DNA from: Anaeromyxobacter sp.
GTDB taxonomy: Bacteria; Myxococcota; Myxococcia; Myxococcales; Anaeromyxobacteraceae
Direction of reading: 5' to 3'
DNA length: 64,000 bases
NCBI GenBank assembly: GCA_049840735.1
Contig: JASGJN010000014.1
Location: forward strand, 192,001-256,000
The position numbers were made by a program, and so were the translations under genes. Below the pieces are notes generated by a model. That model was given only the letters and a program-made list of their open reading frames with translations. It was not told the DNA's origin and ran no database searches. Positions 34,210 through 48,205 of this stretch are shown here, in pieces; positions within the stretch are counted from its first letter, which is position 1, and each line of letters begins with the position of its first letter.

Positions 34210-37014
34210 CTACTCTGCGAGGAGCACGGTCCCGTACTGCGCGGGGACCGTGATCGTCAGCTGCCCACCGGAGGCGGTCGCGCCGGCCCCACCCAGCGCG
34301 TCGGTGAAGGTCACGCCCGCCGCACCGGCCGGGAGGTCGATGGTGACGGTCCTGGCCGTGGCCGCGCTGTTGAGCGCGGTGACCGCCCACTGGTCGCCCA
34401 GCTGGCGCACGTGCACGAGGACCGACGCGTCGAGGTAGGCCGGCGCGGCGAAGCTGCCGCGGCGCAGGATGGGGTGGTCGTTGCGCACCTTGACGAGCGC
34501 CTTCACCGTCTCGAGCAGCGTCGTGTCCGGGGCGCCGCCCTCGTCGGCCCAGGGATAGGTGGCGCGGTTGTAGGGATCCGCGCCGCCTGTCACGCCCACC
34601 TCGTCGCCGTAGTAGATGGCCGGGGCGCCGGGCATGGTCACCTGGAACAGCGTCGCGAGGACCATGCGCTTCTTGGCCTCGGCGATGGCCGCGGCGCCGG
34701 CGGAGGGACCGGTGTCGCCGAACTGGAACAGGATGCGCGGCACGTCGTGGCTGGAGATGAGGTTCATGAGCGCGTAGAACGCCTGGGGCGGGTAGTTCTC
34801 GCGCATGAGCTCGATGTTCGCGTAGATCTCCTGGAGGTCGCCGCCGTTCGCGTAGGCGGTGGCCACGTCCTTGAAGATGTAGTTCATGGTGGTGTCGAAC
34901 TCGTCCCCCAGGAAGAACTTGGAGGAGTCGAACCAGGTCTCGGCGATGGCCAGGGACTCCGGATCGTGCCCCTTCGTCACCGTGCGGAACTCGCGCCAGT
35001 ACTCGTCCGTCACCCACGGCGCCACGTCCATGCGCCAGCCGGCGGCCCCGCGATCCAGCCACGCCAGCGCGATGGCCCCGTCGTCGTAGAGCGTGTAGTC
35101 CTTGAACGACTGCTTGGTGGTGTCGATGCGCGGCATGTCCGGCCCGCCCCAGTTCAGGTAGGAGCCGTCGTCGTTGAACGTGAACCAGTCGTAGAAGGGC
35201 GACTCGGGGTGGATGGTCCCGCCTTGATAGGCGCCGACCACGCCCTGCGGCATGCTCCACTCACCGTAGCGGTTGAAGTAGAGCGAGTCGCTCCCGGTGT
35301 GGTCGAACGAGGCGTCCAGGATGACCCGGATGCCCTGCGCCGCCGCCTGCTGGGTGAGCTGCGCGAAGAGCGCGTTGTCGCCGAAGTGCGGGTCCACCAC
35401 CGAGAAGTCGCCGTGGTCGTACTTGTGGTTGCTGACGGCCTGGAAGATGGGCGTCATGTAGATGGTGTTGGCGCCCAGCGACTTGATGTAGGGGAGCTCG
35501 TCGATGACGCCCTGCAGGTCACCGCCGAAGAAGTCGTTGTTGTAGGTGCTGTCCGAGTGCCCGTCGCCGGGGAGGTACGGGTTCTCGGTCCAGGCCTCGT
35601 GGAACTCGACCGGCACGCCCTGGTACAGGTCCGCGTTCTCCCGCGGATCGTTGGAGGGGTCGCCGTTCCGGAAGCGCTCCGGGAAGATGTAGTAGTAGAC
35701 CGCGTCCTGCGCCCACGCGGGCACGGTGAAGTCGGGCGCGTAGACGGTCAGCCGGTAGCGCCGGATGGCGCTGGGGTTGGCCGGCACGAAGGTGATCTGG
35801 CCCAGGCCCGCCGAGCCGCGCTCCGAGGTCCAGTACACCTGGTCGGCGTTGTTGCCGTAAACGTAGCTGGTGCCGCCGATGGTGAGGCGGAAGTAGTAGC
35901 CGTACACGTCCACGTCGGTGAAGGCGTAGGAGGCGCTCCAGGTGTCCGGGGCGCCGTCCACCCCCGCCGCCTTGCTCAGCTCGACCTGCTGGTAGGCCGC
36001 GTAGCTGGTGTTCTGGTTCCCCTCCAAGGTCCGCTTCTCGAGCACCAGCGTGGCGCTCTCGACGCCCGCCGGCGCCTCCAGCGCGAAGGTCACGGTCGTC
36101 CCGGGCGTGCCGCCGGTGACGGCGCCGAAGGGCGTCTTGTGCTTCAGCTGGCGGGAGTCGAACCTCACCGCCAGCGCGATGGGATCGGTCGGCTCCTGGA
36201 CGCCGTGGCCGGCCTCCTGCGGGCCGATGGTCAGGGTCGCGCTCCCCTCGGCGTCGAAGGCCAGCTTGGCCGTGTGATCACCGGTGAAGGCGAAGGACAG
36301 GTTGCCCGCCGAGCTGCCCTGCGCCTCGTCGCTGACGAGCGCGTAGGGGACCCCGGAGGCGAGGACGTTGGAGGCGCCCGTGGGCGAGCCCCAGGTCGTG
36401 GGCGCCGACCAGTTCGCGTCGGCCACCTTGAACCCGAGCGTGCCGGTGGCGCTGAAGTTCACATAGTAGGCGTCGCAGCTGTAGGCGAACTGATACTCCG
36501 GGCTCGCCGCCCAGCCGTTCATCTCGCCCTTCATGTAGACCGGGACCGCCAGCGGCGCCGCCGGGCACACCTGGAGGCGCAGCGTCGGGGCGGTGGCGGA
36601 CGCCCGCGGGTCGAGCACGAAGCGGTACTCGCCGGCGAAGGCGTAGCTGAGGTTCGCGCCCGCGCCCACCAGCGGGAGGTCGGTGTCGAGCGCCACCGGG
36701 CCGGGGCCGCCGAAGTTGGTGCCGGCGCTCCAGTCCGCGTCGGCGATCTTGAAGTCGTGGCTCCCGTCGAGCTGGGTCACCAGCTCGTAATGGTTGCACA
36801 CGTAGGTGAACTTCTGGTCGTCCGGCGCCGCCCAGCTGTTCATGGTGCCGCGCAGGAAGAGCGCGGTGTCACCGTACGGGCTGGTCACGCAGGCGTCCGG
36901 ATCGACCGGCTCCTCCGTCTTCTTCTTCGAGCCGTTGCAGGCCAGTAGCCCGCTCGCGGCGAGCGCGACGCACGCCAGCGCCCACCCGTCCAGCCTTGAA
37001 GCCCTGTTGCTCAT
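34210..37014 (-). CDS. GH13 alpha-amylase/amylopullulanase-like lipoprotein with two N-terminal putative starch-binding repeats
   Basis: Lipobox LLAC; repeats LRGTMNSW..FKIADADWS and MKGEMNGW..FKVADANWS; intact GWRMDVA, IAETW, SSHD. Confidence 0.9.
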   Translation of the reverse strand: MSNRASRLDGWALACVALAASGLLACNGSKKKTEEPVDPDACVTSPYGDTALFLRGTMNSWAAPDDQKFTYVCNHYELVTQLDGSHDFKIADADWSAGTNFGGPGPVALDTDLPLVGAGANLSYAFAGEYRFVLDPRASATAPTLRLQVCPAAPLAVPVYMKGEMNGWAASPEYQFAYSCDAYYVNFSATGTLGFKVADANWSAPTTWGSPTGASNVLASGVPYALVSDEAQGSSAGNLSFAFTGDHTAKLAFDAEGSATLTIGPQEAGHGVQEPTDPIALAVRFDSRQLKHKTPFGAVTGGTPGTTVTFALEAPAGVESATLVLEKRTLEGNQNTSYAAYQQVELSKAAGVDGAPDTWSASYAFTDVDVYGYYFRLTIGGTSYVYGNNADQVYWTSERGSAGLGQITFVPANPSAIRRYRLTVYAPDFTVPAWAQDAVYYYIFPERFRNGDPSNDPRENADLYQGVPVEFHEAWTENPYLPGDGHSDSTYNNDFFGGDLQGVIDELPYIKSLGANTIYMTPIFQAVSNHKYDHGDFSVVDPHFGDNALFAQLTQQAAAQGIRVILDASFDHTGSDSLYFNRYGEWSMPQGVVGAYQGGTIHPESPFYDWFTFNDDGSYLNWGGPDMPRIDTTKQSFKDYTLYDDGAIALAWLDRGAAGWRMDVAPWVTDEYWREFRTVTKGHDPESLAIAETWFDSSKFFLGDEFDTTMNYIFKDVATAYANGGDLQEIYANIELMRENYPPQAFYALMNLISSHDVPRILFQFGDTGPSAGAAAIAEAKKRMVLATLFQVTMPGAPAIYYGDEVGVTGGADPYNRATYPWADEGGAPDTTLLETVKALVKVRNDHPILRRGSFAAPAYLDASVLVHVRQLGDQWAVTALNSAATARTVTIDLPAGAAGVTFTDALGGAGATASGGQLTITVPAQYGTVLLAE

Positions 37015-37357
37015 GTGGTCTCCCGTCTTGAGGCTGCTTGCCTCCCTGAACCCCAGGGAAACCCCCGCAGCCACATCGTCGCGGGACCGTAACAGGCTTT
37101 CGTTTGGTTGCTGTGGTGCGGCCGCTGGCGAGCGTTTTCCATGAGCGCATACATCGCCCGACATCAAACGGCATGACGAGCGTAATAGCTCTGTATTTCA
37201 CAGGTATTTTTTGATCCAGCTCGGGACCAGGGCCCGATTCAGGGTTGAATTTATACCTCTTATGGGTGAACCCGTTAGTTCGAAGAGGGTGTTTCGTTTT
37301 GTTGCGTCCGGCGACGGGTCTTCACGTTTGAACTGTCCTGATGCTCCGACCTGAGCG

Positions 37358-39436
37358 ATGGTGTCCACCAAATCCCCAATGCTCCCTTCCTGGCTGGACT
37401 CGGTCCATCACGACGGCTCGCGGCTGTACCTCTCCGACCCATCTCCGCGGCAGGGGCAGGTGGTCGCGGTCCGGCTGCGCGCCGGCCCGCGCGTGCCCGT
37501 CCAGCGCATCCTGCTCCGCACGCGCCAGGACCAGTACCAGCGCCTCACCGAGCTGCAGGAGGAGCCGTCCGCCGCGCCCGCGCGCTGGTTCTCGGCCCGG
37601 CTCCCCGTCGTCCACCGCGTCACGCCCTACCGCTTCGTGCTCGAGACCGGGGACGGCGTCTTCTGGTACTCGGCGGGCGGCGCCTTCGGCTTCTCGCCCA
37701 GCGACACGCTCGACTTCCGGATCGTGACCGAGAGCGCGCCGCCGCCGTGGGTCGAGTCGGCCGTGCTGTACTCGGTCTTCCTGGACCGGTTCGCCCGCGG
37801 CCCGGCCCTGGACGGCGCGGACGCGCCCCCCGGTCCTCCCCCGGAGCGCGCGCTCGTCTCCTGGGGCGCGCCGCCGCCCGACGGCGCGGATCCGGCGCAG
37901 ACGTTCCACGGCGGAGACCTTCCGGGCCTGCAGGCGCGGCTCGATCACGTGGCGGCGCTGGGCGCGAACGCCCTCCTGCTCAGCCCGGTCTGCCCCTCCC
38001 CGTCCAGCCACCGGTTCGACGCCACCGACCACGAGCAGGTGGACCCGGCGCTGGGCGGCGATCAGGCGCTGCAGCGGCTCCGGACCGAGCTCACCCGCCG
38101 CGCCATGCGCTACGTGCTGACGCTCGAGCTCCGCTACGTGCACGAGCAGCACCGCTGGTTCCAGGCCGCCCGCGCCAACCGCCGCGCCGCCGAAGCCTCC
38201 TACTTCATGTACCGCGCCGCGAGCGGCACCTGGGACGGCTACTTCGGCCTGGCCTCGCTGCCGCGGCTCGACTTCTCGCGCGCACGCCTGGTGAACCGGC
38301 TGGTCTCGGGCCCTTCCTCCGTGCTGCGCCGCTTCATCGCGCCGCCGTTCGGCGCCGACGGCTGGCGGTTCAGCCTGCCAGAGGTGCCGCCGCGCCGCGG
38401 CGGGGCCCTGTCCACCGGCTCGGTGGTGGAGACCATCCGCCGGGCGGTCCGGAAGACCCGCCGCGACGCGTACATCGTCACCCGCACCTGCCTGGATCGC
38501 GGCGGCCACGTGGTCAGCGATCAGTTCGACGTGGTCACCGACTACTCGCTGTTCACGGTGCCGTTCTGGGCCTGGCTGGCCGGGTACAGCCGCGCCACGC
38601 AGCCGTTCGGGGACGCGGTCCAGGGCCCGCCCATCGCCACCGAGGCGCTGGTGGCCGCCTGGCAGCAGGGCCGCGGCCCCGTCCCCTGGAGCACCTCGAT
38701 GCAGCGCTGCGTCGAGCTGGCCAGCCACGACCTGCCGCGCATCCGCACCATGGTGGCCGGGAACCGCGCCCTGGAGCGGCTGGCCGCCGTGGTGCAGCTC
38801 ACCTACCCCGGCGTCCCGGTGATCTACTACGGCGACGAGGTCGGGCTGGAGGACTCGCCCGCGCTCCGCTCGCGCGGCTGCATGCCCTGGGACGAGGCGC
38901 GCTGGGACGGCGCGCTGCTGGCCTTCTACCAGCGGCTGGTGGCGCTGCGCCGGTCGTCGCAGGCGCTGCAGGCCGGCGGGTTCCAGGTGCTGGCCGCCGA
39001 GCCGGACACGCTCGCCTACCAGCGCGAGGGCGACACCGAGCGCGTGATCGTGGTCGCCCACCGCGGGGCGCAGCCGCGCTCGCCGGATCCGCTGCGGGTG
39101 GAGCACGGCGGCGTCCCCGACGGCACCCGCTTCGTGGAGCACTTCTCCGGGCACGAGGCGGTCGTCGCGGGTGGGGCGCTGGAGCTCCCCGCGCTGGAGC
39201 AGGGCGCCACGGTCTGGTGCGCCGGTGCCGCCGCCCCCGCCTCGGACTGCGCGCCCGACGCGGCCGCCCAGCGCTCCCGGCGCCCCACCCGCCCGCGCGC
39301 CCCGCCGTGCCCGGGCTGCGGCCGCCGCTACGGCGTGCGCCCCGAGCGCCGCTTCCGCGTCCAGGGCGTGGGCGCGGCGGAGCGGTGGATCTGCCTCAAC
39401 TGCGGCACGGCCTGGCCGCGGGAGACGGGGGGATAG
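37358..39436 (+). CDS. Maltodextrin glucosidase (MalZ)-like GH13 protein with degenerate active site and C-terminal Cys4 motif
   Basis: HHDGS N-terminus, FLDRF, FHGGDLPG, SHD, YPGVPVIYYGDEVG; catalytic regions read GWRFSLP and YIVTR. Confidence 0.85.
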   Translation: MVSTKSPMLPSWLDSVHHDGSRLYLSDPSPRQGQVVAVRLRAGPRVPVQRILLRTRQDQYQRLTELQEEPSAAPARWFSARLPVVHRVTPYRFVLETGDGVFWYSAGGAFGFSPSDTLDFRIVTESAPPPWVESAVLYSVFLDRFARGPALDGADAPPGPPPERALVSWGAPPPDGADPAQTFHGGDLPGLQARLDHVAALGANALLLSPVCPSPSSHRFDATDHEQVDPALGGDQALQRLRTELTRRAMRYVLTLELRYVHEQHRWFQAARANRRAAEASYFMYRAASGTWDGYFGLASLPRLDFSRARLVNRLVSGPSSVLRRFIAPPFGADGWRFSLPEVPPRRGGALSTGSVVETIRRAVRKTRRDAYIVTRTCLDRGGHVVSDQFDVVTDYSLFTVPFWAWLAGYSRATQPFGDAVQGPPIATEALVAAWQQGRGPVPWSTSMQRCVELASHDLPRIRTMVAGNRALERLAAVVQLTYPGVPVIYYGDEVGLEDSPALRSRGCMPWDEARWDGALLAFYQRLVALRRSSQALQAGGFQVLAAEPDTLAYQREGDTERVIVVAHRGAQPRSPDPLRVEHGGVPDGTRFVEHFSGHEAVVAGGALELPALEQGATVWCAGAAAPASDCAPDAAAQRSRRPTRPRAPPCPGCGRRYGVRPERRFRVQGVGAAERWICLNCGTAWPRETGG

Positions 39437-39448
39437 GAGTGGCTCGGG

Positions 39449-40483
39449 CTACTCGGCCGGCGCGGGCCACCGCTGGATCACGTCCCGGAGGGCCGGCGCG
39501 AGCGTCTCCTCTGCGTACGTCTCCGGGGACATGCCCAGGCGCTCCCCGAAGAAGCGCAGGATGTCCGGCCGCCCGAAGCGGTGCGCCGAGAGGCCGTGAT
39601 CGTCTCCCGGGTAGGTGACGAGCTTCACCTCGCGGCCCGCTGCCGCCATGACCTGGGCGACCCGGCGCGCCTGCTCCACCGGTACCCGGTCGTCCGCCTC
39701 GCCGTGAAGGAGCAGCAGCGGCACGTCGAGCTCTCCCGCCCAGTACACGGCTGACCTGGCGCGGTAGTCCTCCGGGCATTCGCTCGGCTCGCAGCCGATG
39801 GTCGCCAGGAACACCGGTAGCATCTCCGGCCTGCGCTCGAGCATGGCCGCCTGATCAGCCACGCCGCCCACCGTGGCGGCCGCGCGGATCGCGTGGCGCC
39901 CGCTGCGCGCCTCCTCGCGCAGCGCCAGATAGGTCATCATGCCGCCGCGCGAGTAGCCCACCATGGCGACCCTCGCGGCGTCCACGTCCGGCAGCGCCCG
40001 GAGCAGCGGCACCAGGCTCAGGACGTCCTCGACGTCCGCCCCGCCCATCGCCTCCCGCCCCTCGCTCCCCCCATTGCCGCGGTACTGCGAGCCAACCGCG
40101 ACGTAGCCGGCCTCCACGTACTCGCTCAGCACGCGGGGGTCGAGCAGCCCGAACTGACGGTTCCCTCCACGGTTGAAGATGACGGCTGGGTGCTGGCCGG
40201 CCCCACGCGGCCGTCCCAGGAACCCGTTCACGCGGAGCCCGGAGGAGCGATAGGTGATCGCGTAGTACTCCGACCGCTCCGTCACGAGGATGGGCCGGAG
40301 CGCCAGGATGGCCCCGTCGCGTTCGGCGGCGGCGCCGGCGGCCACCTGCAGGGCTGGCGCGCTGGGCCCCTGTGAGCCGGGCCCCTGCGACACCTGCCGG
40401 CCACCTGCCGCCGGATGGCAGCCCAGCGCGAGGCAGAGCGTGACGGCGGCGCTTCGACCGAACGTCAAGGCTCGACGGCTCAT
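39449..40483 (-). CDS. S9-like alpha/beta-hydrolase serine peptidase, probable lipoprotein
   Basis: LALGC, FNRGGN, GYSRGG, LLHGEADDRV, GDDH. Confidence 0.88.
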   Translation of the reverse strand: MSRRALTFGRSAAVTLCLALGCHPAAGGRQVSQGPGSQGPSAPALQVAAGAAAERDGAILALRPILVTERSEYYAITYRSSGLRVNGFLGRPRGAGQHPAVIFNRGGNRQFGLLDPRVLSEYVEAGYVAVGSQYRGNGGSEGREAMGGADVEDVLSLVPLLRALPDVDAARVAMVGYSRGGMMTYLALREEARSGRHAIRAAATVGGVADQAAMLERRPEMLPVFLATIGCEPSECPEDYRARSAVYWAGELDVPLLLLHGEADDRVPVEQARRVAQVMAAAGREVKLVTYPGDDHGLSAHRFGRPDILRFFGERLGMSPETYAEETLAPALRDVIQRWPAPAE

Positions 40484-40585
40484 GGCGTTGCAGTCTAGCG
40501 ACCTGCGAGTGCGGGTGCCGGATCGGAGTCGCTGCACGTCACCGCACCCCGATGCGCTTGCCTTGCATCAAGCGCAGCGCTCCAA

Positions 40586-40750
40586 TCACGGCTCCGCCTC
40601 TCGATCGCAGACGCTGTTCCGGGAGTCCCAGGCGCCGCCGCCGTCCAGGCACCTGTCGACGCGCAGGAAGCGCCAGCCCCAGTAGACCACCGCTGCGGCC
40701 ACGGCCAGGGCGACGATCACCTTCACGGTCCGGCTCGGTATGCCCCTCAT
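40586..40750 (-). CDS. 54-aa single-TM protein not in the ORF track
   Basis: [64 protein letters not shown]. Confidence 0.65.
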   Translation of the reverse strand: MRGIPSRTVKVIVALAVAAAVVYWGWRFLRVDRCLDGGGAWDSRNSVCDREAEP

Positions 40751-40817
40751 CGCGACGACCTCCCCAGCGGAGTCGCGCCAGGACCGGACCTGCTCATGCC
40801 CTGGGCGAGGCCTGATC

Positions 40818-41525
40818 CTACTTCGCGGCGGTCGCGACCACCGCCTGCAGCAACTCCACTCCAGCCGTGAAGACCGGTCCAGCCATGGGGTCTCGCTCCA
40901 GGACCTTCATGGGCCCCTCGCCGAAGTAGAGCCCGTCGGAGACCAGGAACGAGAGCCGCAGCATGCCCCGGCCCGGCGGCGGTCGGCGGGGCTGGTCCCA
41001 CGGACCGATGCGGGCGACCACGGCCGAGGACGCGTCGAACAGCCGCTTCACCAGCGGCTGGAAGCGGTCCACGCCTTCGACCACGGTGATCTTCCCGGTC
41101 CGGTTGATGTAGCGCACGCTGCCGTCCGAGTAGGCGGCGAGCGTGTCCAGGCCTTGGTCGAGCCCCACCTCGATGACGACGCCGAGCAGGACCTTGGGCT
41201 CGACCTTCACACCGGCCTCGCGGAGCCGGGCGTAGGCCAGGTAGCGATACCTTCCTTGCTCGGAGGCGTCGCCTGCCAGCTTCGCCAGCGCCGGCTTGTC
41301 CGGGGGCTCGGAGAAGAGCGCGACCTGCGTGGGCGTCGGCGCCTGTCCCTTCCGCGTCCGGAAGTCGTCCCGGGGCTCGCAGAACGCCAGGTTGTACATG
41401 AAGTCCGCGGCCGAGTCCGCGTAGGGCGTGTAGAGCGGCTGCGCGTGATTGGCCAAGGTTGCGCTCGAGGTCGCTCCCGGCGCCGCGCCCATCAGCGCGG
41501 CCGCCAGGACGGGAAGGAGGATCAT
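40818..41525 (-). CDS. Hypothetical secreted protein
   Basis: Signal peptide [31 protein letters not shown]. Confidence 0.7.
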   Translation of the reverse strand: MILLPVLAAALMGAAPGATSSATLANHAQPLYTPYADSAADFMYNLAFCEPRDDFRTRKGQAPTPTQVALFSEPPDKPALAKLAGDASEQGRYRYLAYARLREAGVKVEPKVLLGVVIEVGLDQGLDTLAAYSDGSVRYINRTGKITVVEGVDRFQPLVKRLFDASSAVVARIGPWDQPRRPPPGRGMLRLSFLVSDGLYFGEGPMKVLERDPMAGPVFTAGVELLQAVVATAAK

Positions 41526-41674
41526 CCCGGCGATCCTCGCACACGCGCGCGGGCCGGCGAAGCGGTGCGTGCGACGTCGGTGCGCCCGGACGCACGAAGG
41601 CCGGCCGCGCGGACGCGACCGGCCTCCTCGCTGCGACCGCCCGTGGTCCGCACGGGCGGTGGGCATCCCCGCCG

Positions 41675-44108
<2,434 letters not shown>

Positions 44109-44246
44109 GGTTCGACACTCCTGGTGGTTCGGTGGGACCGGGCACCCCTGCAGCGGGGGCCCTCGCAGACACTACCATCTAACACCGGGGCGGCCCGTCT
44201 TCTTCGGGCGTTGCACCTGACCTGCGGAGGACGGGCGACGCCCCGC

Positions 44247-44275
44247 TTGTCCACCCGCTCCGGGGCCGGTAGAAC
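44247..44275 (+). promoter_or_regulatory. Sigma70 promoter, leaderless geometry
   Basis: TTGTCC-17-TAGAAC-6-GTG. Confidence 0.6.
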
Positions 44276-44281
44276 GCCCTG

Positions 44282-46036
44282 GTGGACGAGCTCTCCGAGC
44301 TGAGCAGCGCGCTGCGCCAGGCCGAGATTGGCCGGCGCACTTTCGTTGACACCCCGTTCGGGCGCCGGCTCGTGACCTACGCCGATCTGACGGCTACCGG
44401 ACGGGCGCTATCGTTCGTGGAAGCGCTGGTAGCCAGGGCTCGCCCACTCTACGCGAACACCCACACCGCGATCTCCACCACCGGTCGCGTCACCACCGCG
44501 CTGCGCGAGCAGGCGCGCGCCGCCATCGGCCGCGCGGTGAACGCCTCGGCGGAGGACGTGGTGCTGTTCGTGGGCAGCGGGGCCACCGCCGCGGTGAACA
44601 AGCTGGTCGGCCTGCTGGGGCTGCGCATCGCCGAGCCGCTGGAGCGGCGCTACCGGCTCTCCGGCGCCATCCCGGCGGCCGAGCGGCCGGTGGTGCTGGT
44701 CTCGCCCTACGAGCACCACTCGAACGAGCTGCCGTGGCTGGAGTCGGTGGCCGAGGTGGTGGAGGTCGGGCTGGACGCCCGGGGCGGCATCGACCTCGAG
44801 GACCTCGAGGTCAAGGCGCGCGCCCACGCCGGTCGGCCGGTGCGGGTGGGCGCCTTCTCCGCCGGCTCCAACGTCACCGGCGCGCTCACCGACGTGCAGG
44901 CGGTGGCGCGCGTGCTCCACCGCCACGGCTTCATGGCCTGCGCCGACTACGCCGCCGCCGGCCCCTACGTGCCCATCGACATGCACCCGGCCGATCCGGC
45001 GGCGCGGCTCGACGCGGTGGTGATCTCGACGCACAAGTTCCTGGGCGGCCCGGAGGGCTCGGGCGTGCTGGTGGCGCACCGCGAGCTCTTCCGCAGCCGC
45101 ACCCCGGAGCGGCCGGGCGGCGGCACGGTCGAGTACGTGGCGGCCTTCGACCACCTCTCCGTGGACTACTCCCCGCACCTGGCCGAGCGCGAGGAGGGCG
45201 GCACGCCGGACGTGCTGGGCGACGTGCGGGCCGGCTTCGCGTTCCTGGTGAAGGAGCTGCTCGGCCCGGACCGCCTGCTGGCGCACGAGACGGCGCTGGC
45301 GGAGCGGGCCATGGCGCGGCTGCGCGCCCACCCGCGGCTCACGCTCTACGGCCCGGCCCAGGGGCCGCGCCTGCCCATCCTCTCCTTCAACGTGGAGGGG
45401 CTGCACCACGACTTCGTGGCGGCGCTGCTGGACCAGTTGCTGGGCATCCAGAACCGCGCCGGCTGCTCCTGCGCCGGCCCCTACGGCCACCGGCTGCTGG
45501 GCGTGGGGCCGGAGCGCTCCGCCGAGCTGCGCCAGGCCATCGGGCGCGGCGTGCTGGCGCTCAAGCCGGGCTGGGTGCGCCTCTCGCTGCCGCACCACGC
45601 CACCGAGGCGGAGGTGGACTTCCTGCTCTCCGCCATCGAGCTGGTGGCGGACCACGGCGAGGCCTTCCTGCCGCTCTACGCGCTGGGCTGGCGCGACGGC
45701 ATCTGGCGGCCGCTGGCCGGCACGCCGCCCGATCCCGCGCCGGTGCAGGTGACGCTGGAGGCGGTGCGGGAGGCGCTCTCCGCCCGGCCCCCGGCGGCCG
45801 CCGAAGCGGCGCTCCCCGACGCCGAGGCCGACGCGCTCCGGCGCGGGTACCTGGAGGAGGCGCGCCGGCTGGCGGCGGCGCTGCGCGCGAAGCAGTCCGA
45901 GGCGCCGCCGCGCTGGAACCCGCCCACCGGCGATCCCTTCGTGGACCGGCTGGTCTGGTTCAGGTACGTGCACGCCGAGGGGGACGTGACGGCGCCGCCG
46001 CAGGGGCAGGGTTGCGCGGTGTGCAGCGGGAGCTAG
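44282..46036 (+). CDS. Class V PLP-dependent aminotransferase (cysteine desulfurase-like)
   Basis: [39 protein letters not shown]. Confidence 0.88.
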   Translation: MDELSELSSALRQAEIGRRTFVDTPFGRRLVTYADLTATGRALSFVEALVARARPLYANTHTAISTTGRVTTALREQARAAIGRAVNASAEDVVLFVGSGATAAVNKLVGLLGLRIAEPLERRYRLSGAIPAAERPVVLVSPYEHHSNELPWLESVAEVVEVGLDARGGIDLEDLEVKARAHAGRPVRVGAFSAGSNVTGALTDVQAVARVLHRHGFMACADYAAAGPYVPIDMHPADPAARLDAVVISTHKFLGGPEGSGVLVAHRELFRSRTPERPGGGTVEYVAAFDHLSVDYSPHLAEREEGGTPDVLGDVRAGFAFLVKELLGPDRLLAHETALAERAMARLRAHPRLTLYGPAQGPRLPILSFNVEGLHHDFVAALLDQLLGIQNRAGCSCAGPYGHRLLGVGPERSAELRQAIGRGVLALKPGWVRLSLPHHATEAEVDFLLSAIELVADHGEAFLPLYALGWRDGIWRPLAGTPPDPAPVQVTLEAVREALSARPPAAAEAALPDAEADALRRGYLEEARRLAAALRAKQSEAPPRWNPPTGDPFVDRLVWFRYVHAEGDVTAPPQGQGCAVCSGS

Positions 46037-46057
46037 CCGCCCTCAGCGCCCGTCCGT

Positions 46058-46206
46058 GGTTCGACTCCGGGCCGGCCCGCCGGTTCGGCCTGCGCGAGCG
46101 CCGGCCCTCCGCTCACCACGAACGGGTTCGGCTCGAGGCGAACGGGCCATGCGGACCCGTTCGCCCTGAGCCCTTCGACAGGCTCAGGGCGGGCGGAGTC
46201 GAAGGG
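46058..46206. repeat. Inverted pair of REP-like elements, copies 9 and 10, the second with a nested short form
   Basis: 46058-46126 forward; 46156-46206 reverse, containing CCCTTCGACAGGCTCAGGGC. Confidence 0.8.
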
Positions 46207-46247
46207 CAGGCGCAGACCGCGGCGTCGATCAGCAAGAGCGACGGGCG

Positions 46248-47487
<1,240 letters not shown>

Positions 47488-47569
47488 GCTCTCCTCCATG
47501 TTCCAGCAGCGAGCCGGAGCGGAGGGTCCCTCCAAGGGTGCCCTCCCGCGCCGCGCCTCTCCCTGAATT

Positions 47570-48181
47570 CTACTGCGGCTTCTTCTCCGTCGCCTTCTTG
47601 TGCACGATCACGTCGTCGATGATCCCGTACTCCTTGGCTTCTCCGGGACCCATGAAGTTGTCGCGATCGGTGTCCTTCTCGATCCGCTCGATCGGCTGCT
47701 TGGTGTGGCGAGCCATGATCTCGTTGAGCTTGGCCTTGAGGCGGAGCGCCTCCTTGGCCTGGATCTCGATGTCGGATGCCTGCCCCGAATACCCACCCGA
47801 GAGCTGGTGGATCATGATCCGGGCGTTGGGCACCGCGAACCGCTTGCCCGGCGCGCCGCCGGCCAGCAGGAACGCCCCCATGCTCGCCGCCTGCCCGAGG
47901 CAGATGGTGGACACCTGGGGCTTCACGTACTGCATGGTGTCGTAGATGGCGAGCCCGGAGGTCACCGAACCGCCCGGGCTGTTGATGTAGAGGTTGATGT
48001 CCTTGTCCGGGTCCTCGGACTCGAGGAACAGCAGCTGCGCGATGATGATGTTGGCCACGTCGTCGTCGATGGGCGTGCCCAGGAAGACGATCCGGTCCTT
48101 CAGGAGCCGGGAGTAGATGTCGTAGCTGCGCTCGCCGCGGTGGGTCTGCTCGACCACGATCGGCATCGGCACGTATGGCAT
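47570..48181 (-). CDS. clpP: ClpP protease
   Basis: [28 protein letters not shown]. Confidence 0.97.
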   Translation of the reverse strand: MPYVPMPIVVEQTHRGERSYDIYSRLLKDRIVFLGTPIDDDVANIIIAQLLFLESEDPDKDINLYINSPGGSVTSGLAIYDTMQYVKPQVSTICLGQAASMGAFLLAGGAPGKRFAVPNARIMIHQLSGGYSGQASDIEIQAKEALRLKAKLNEIMARHTKQPIERIEKDTDRDNFMGPGEAKEYGIIDDVIVHKKATEKKPQ

Positions 48182-48205
48182 TCCGCGGTCCCTCTCGTCC
48201 TGCCG

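Noticed and set aside
44282..46036. Class V aminotransferase as NifS
   Set aside because: About 10 kb from the nif cluster, much longer than NifS, and has RAGCSCAG rather than the NifS SSGSAC motif.
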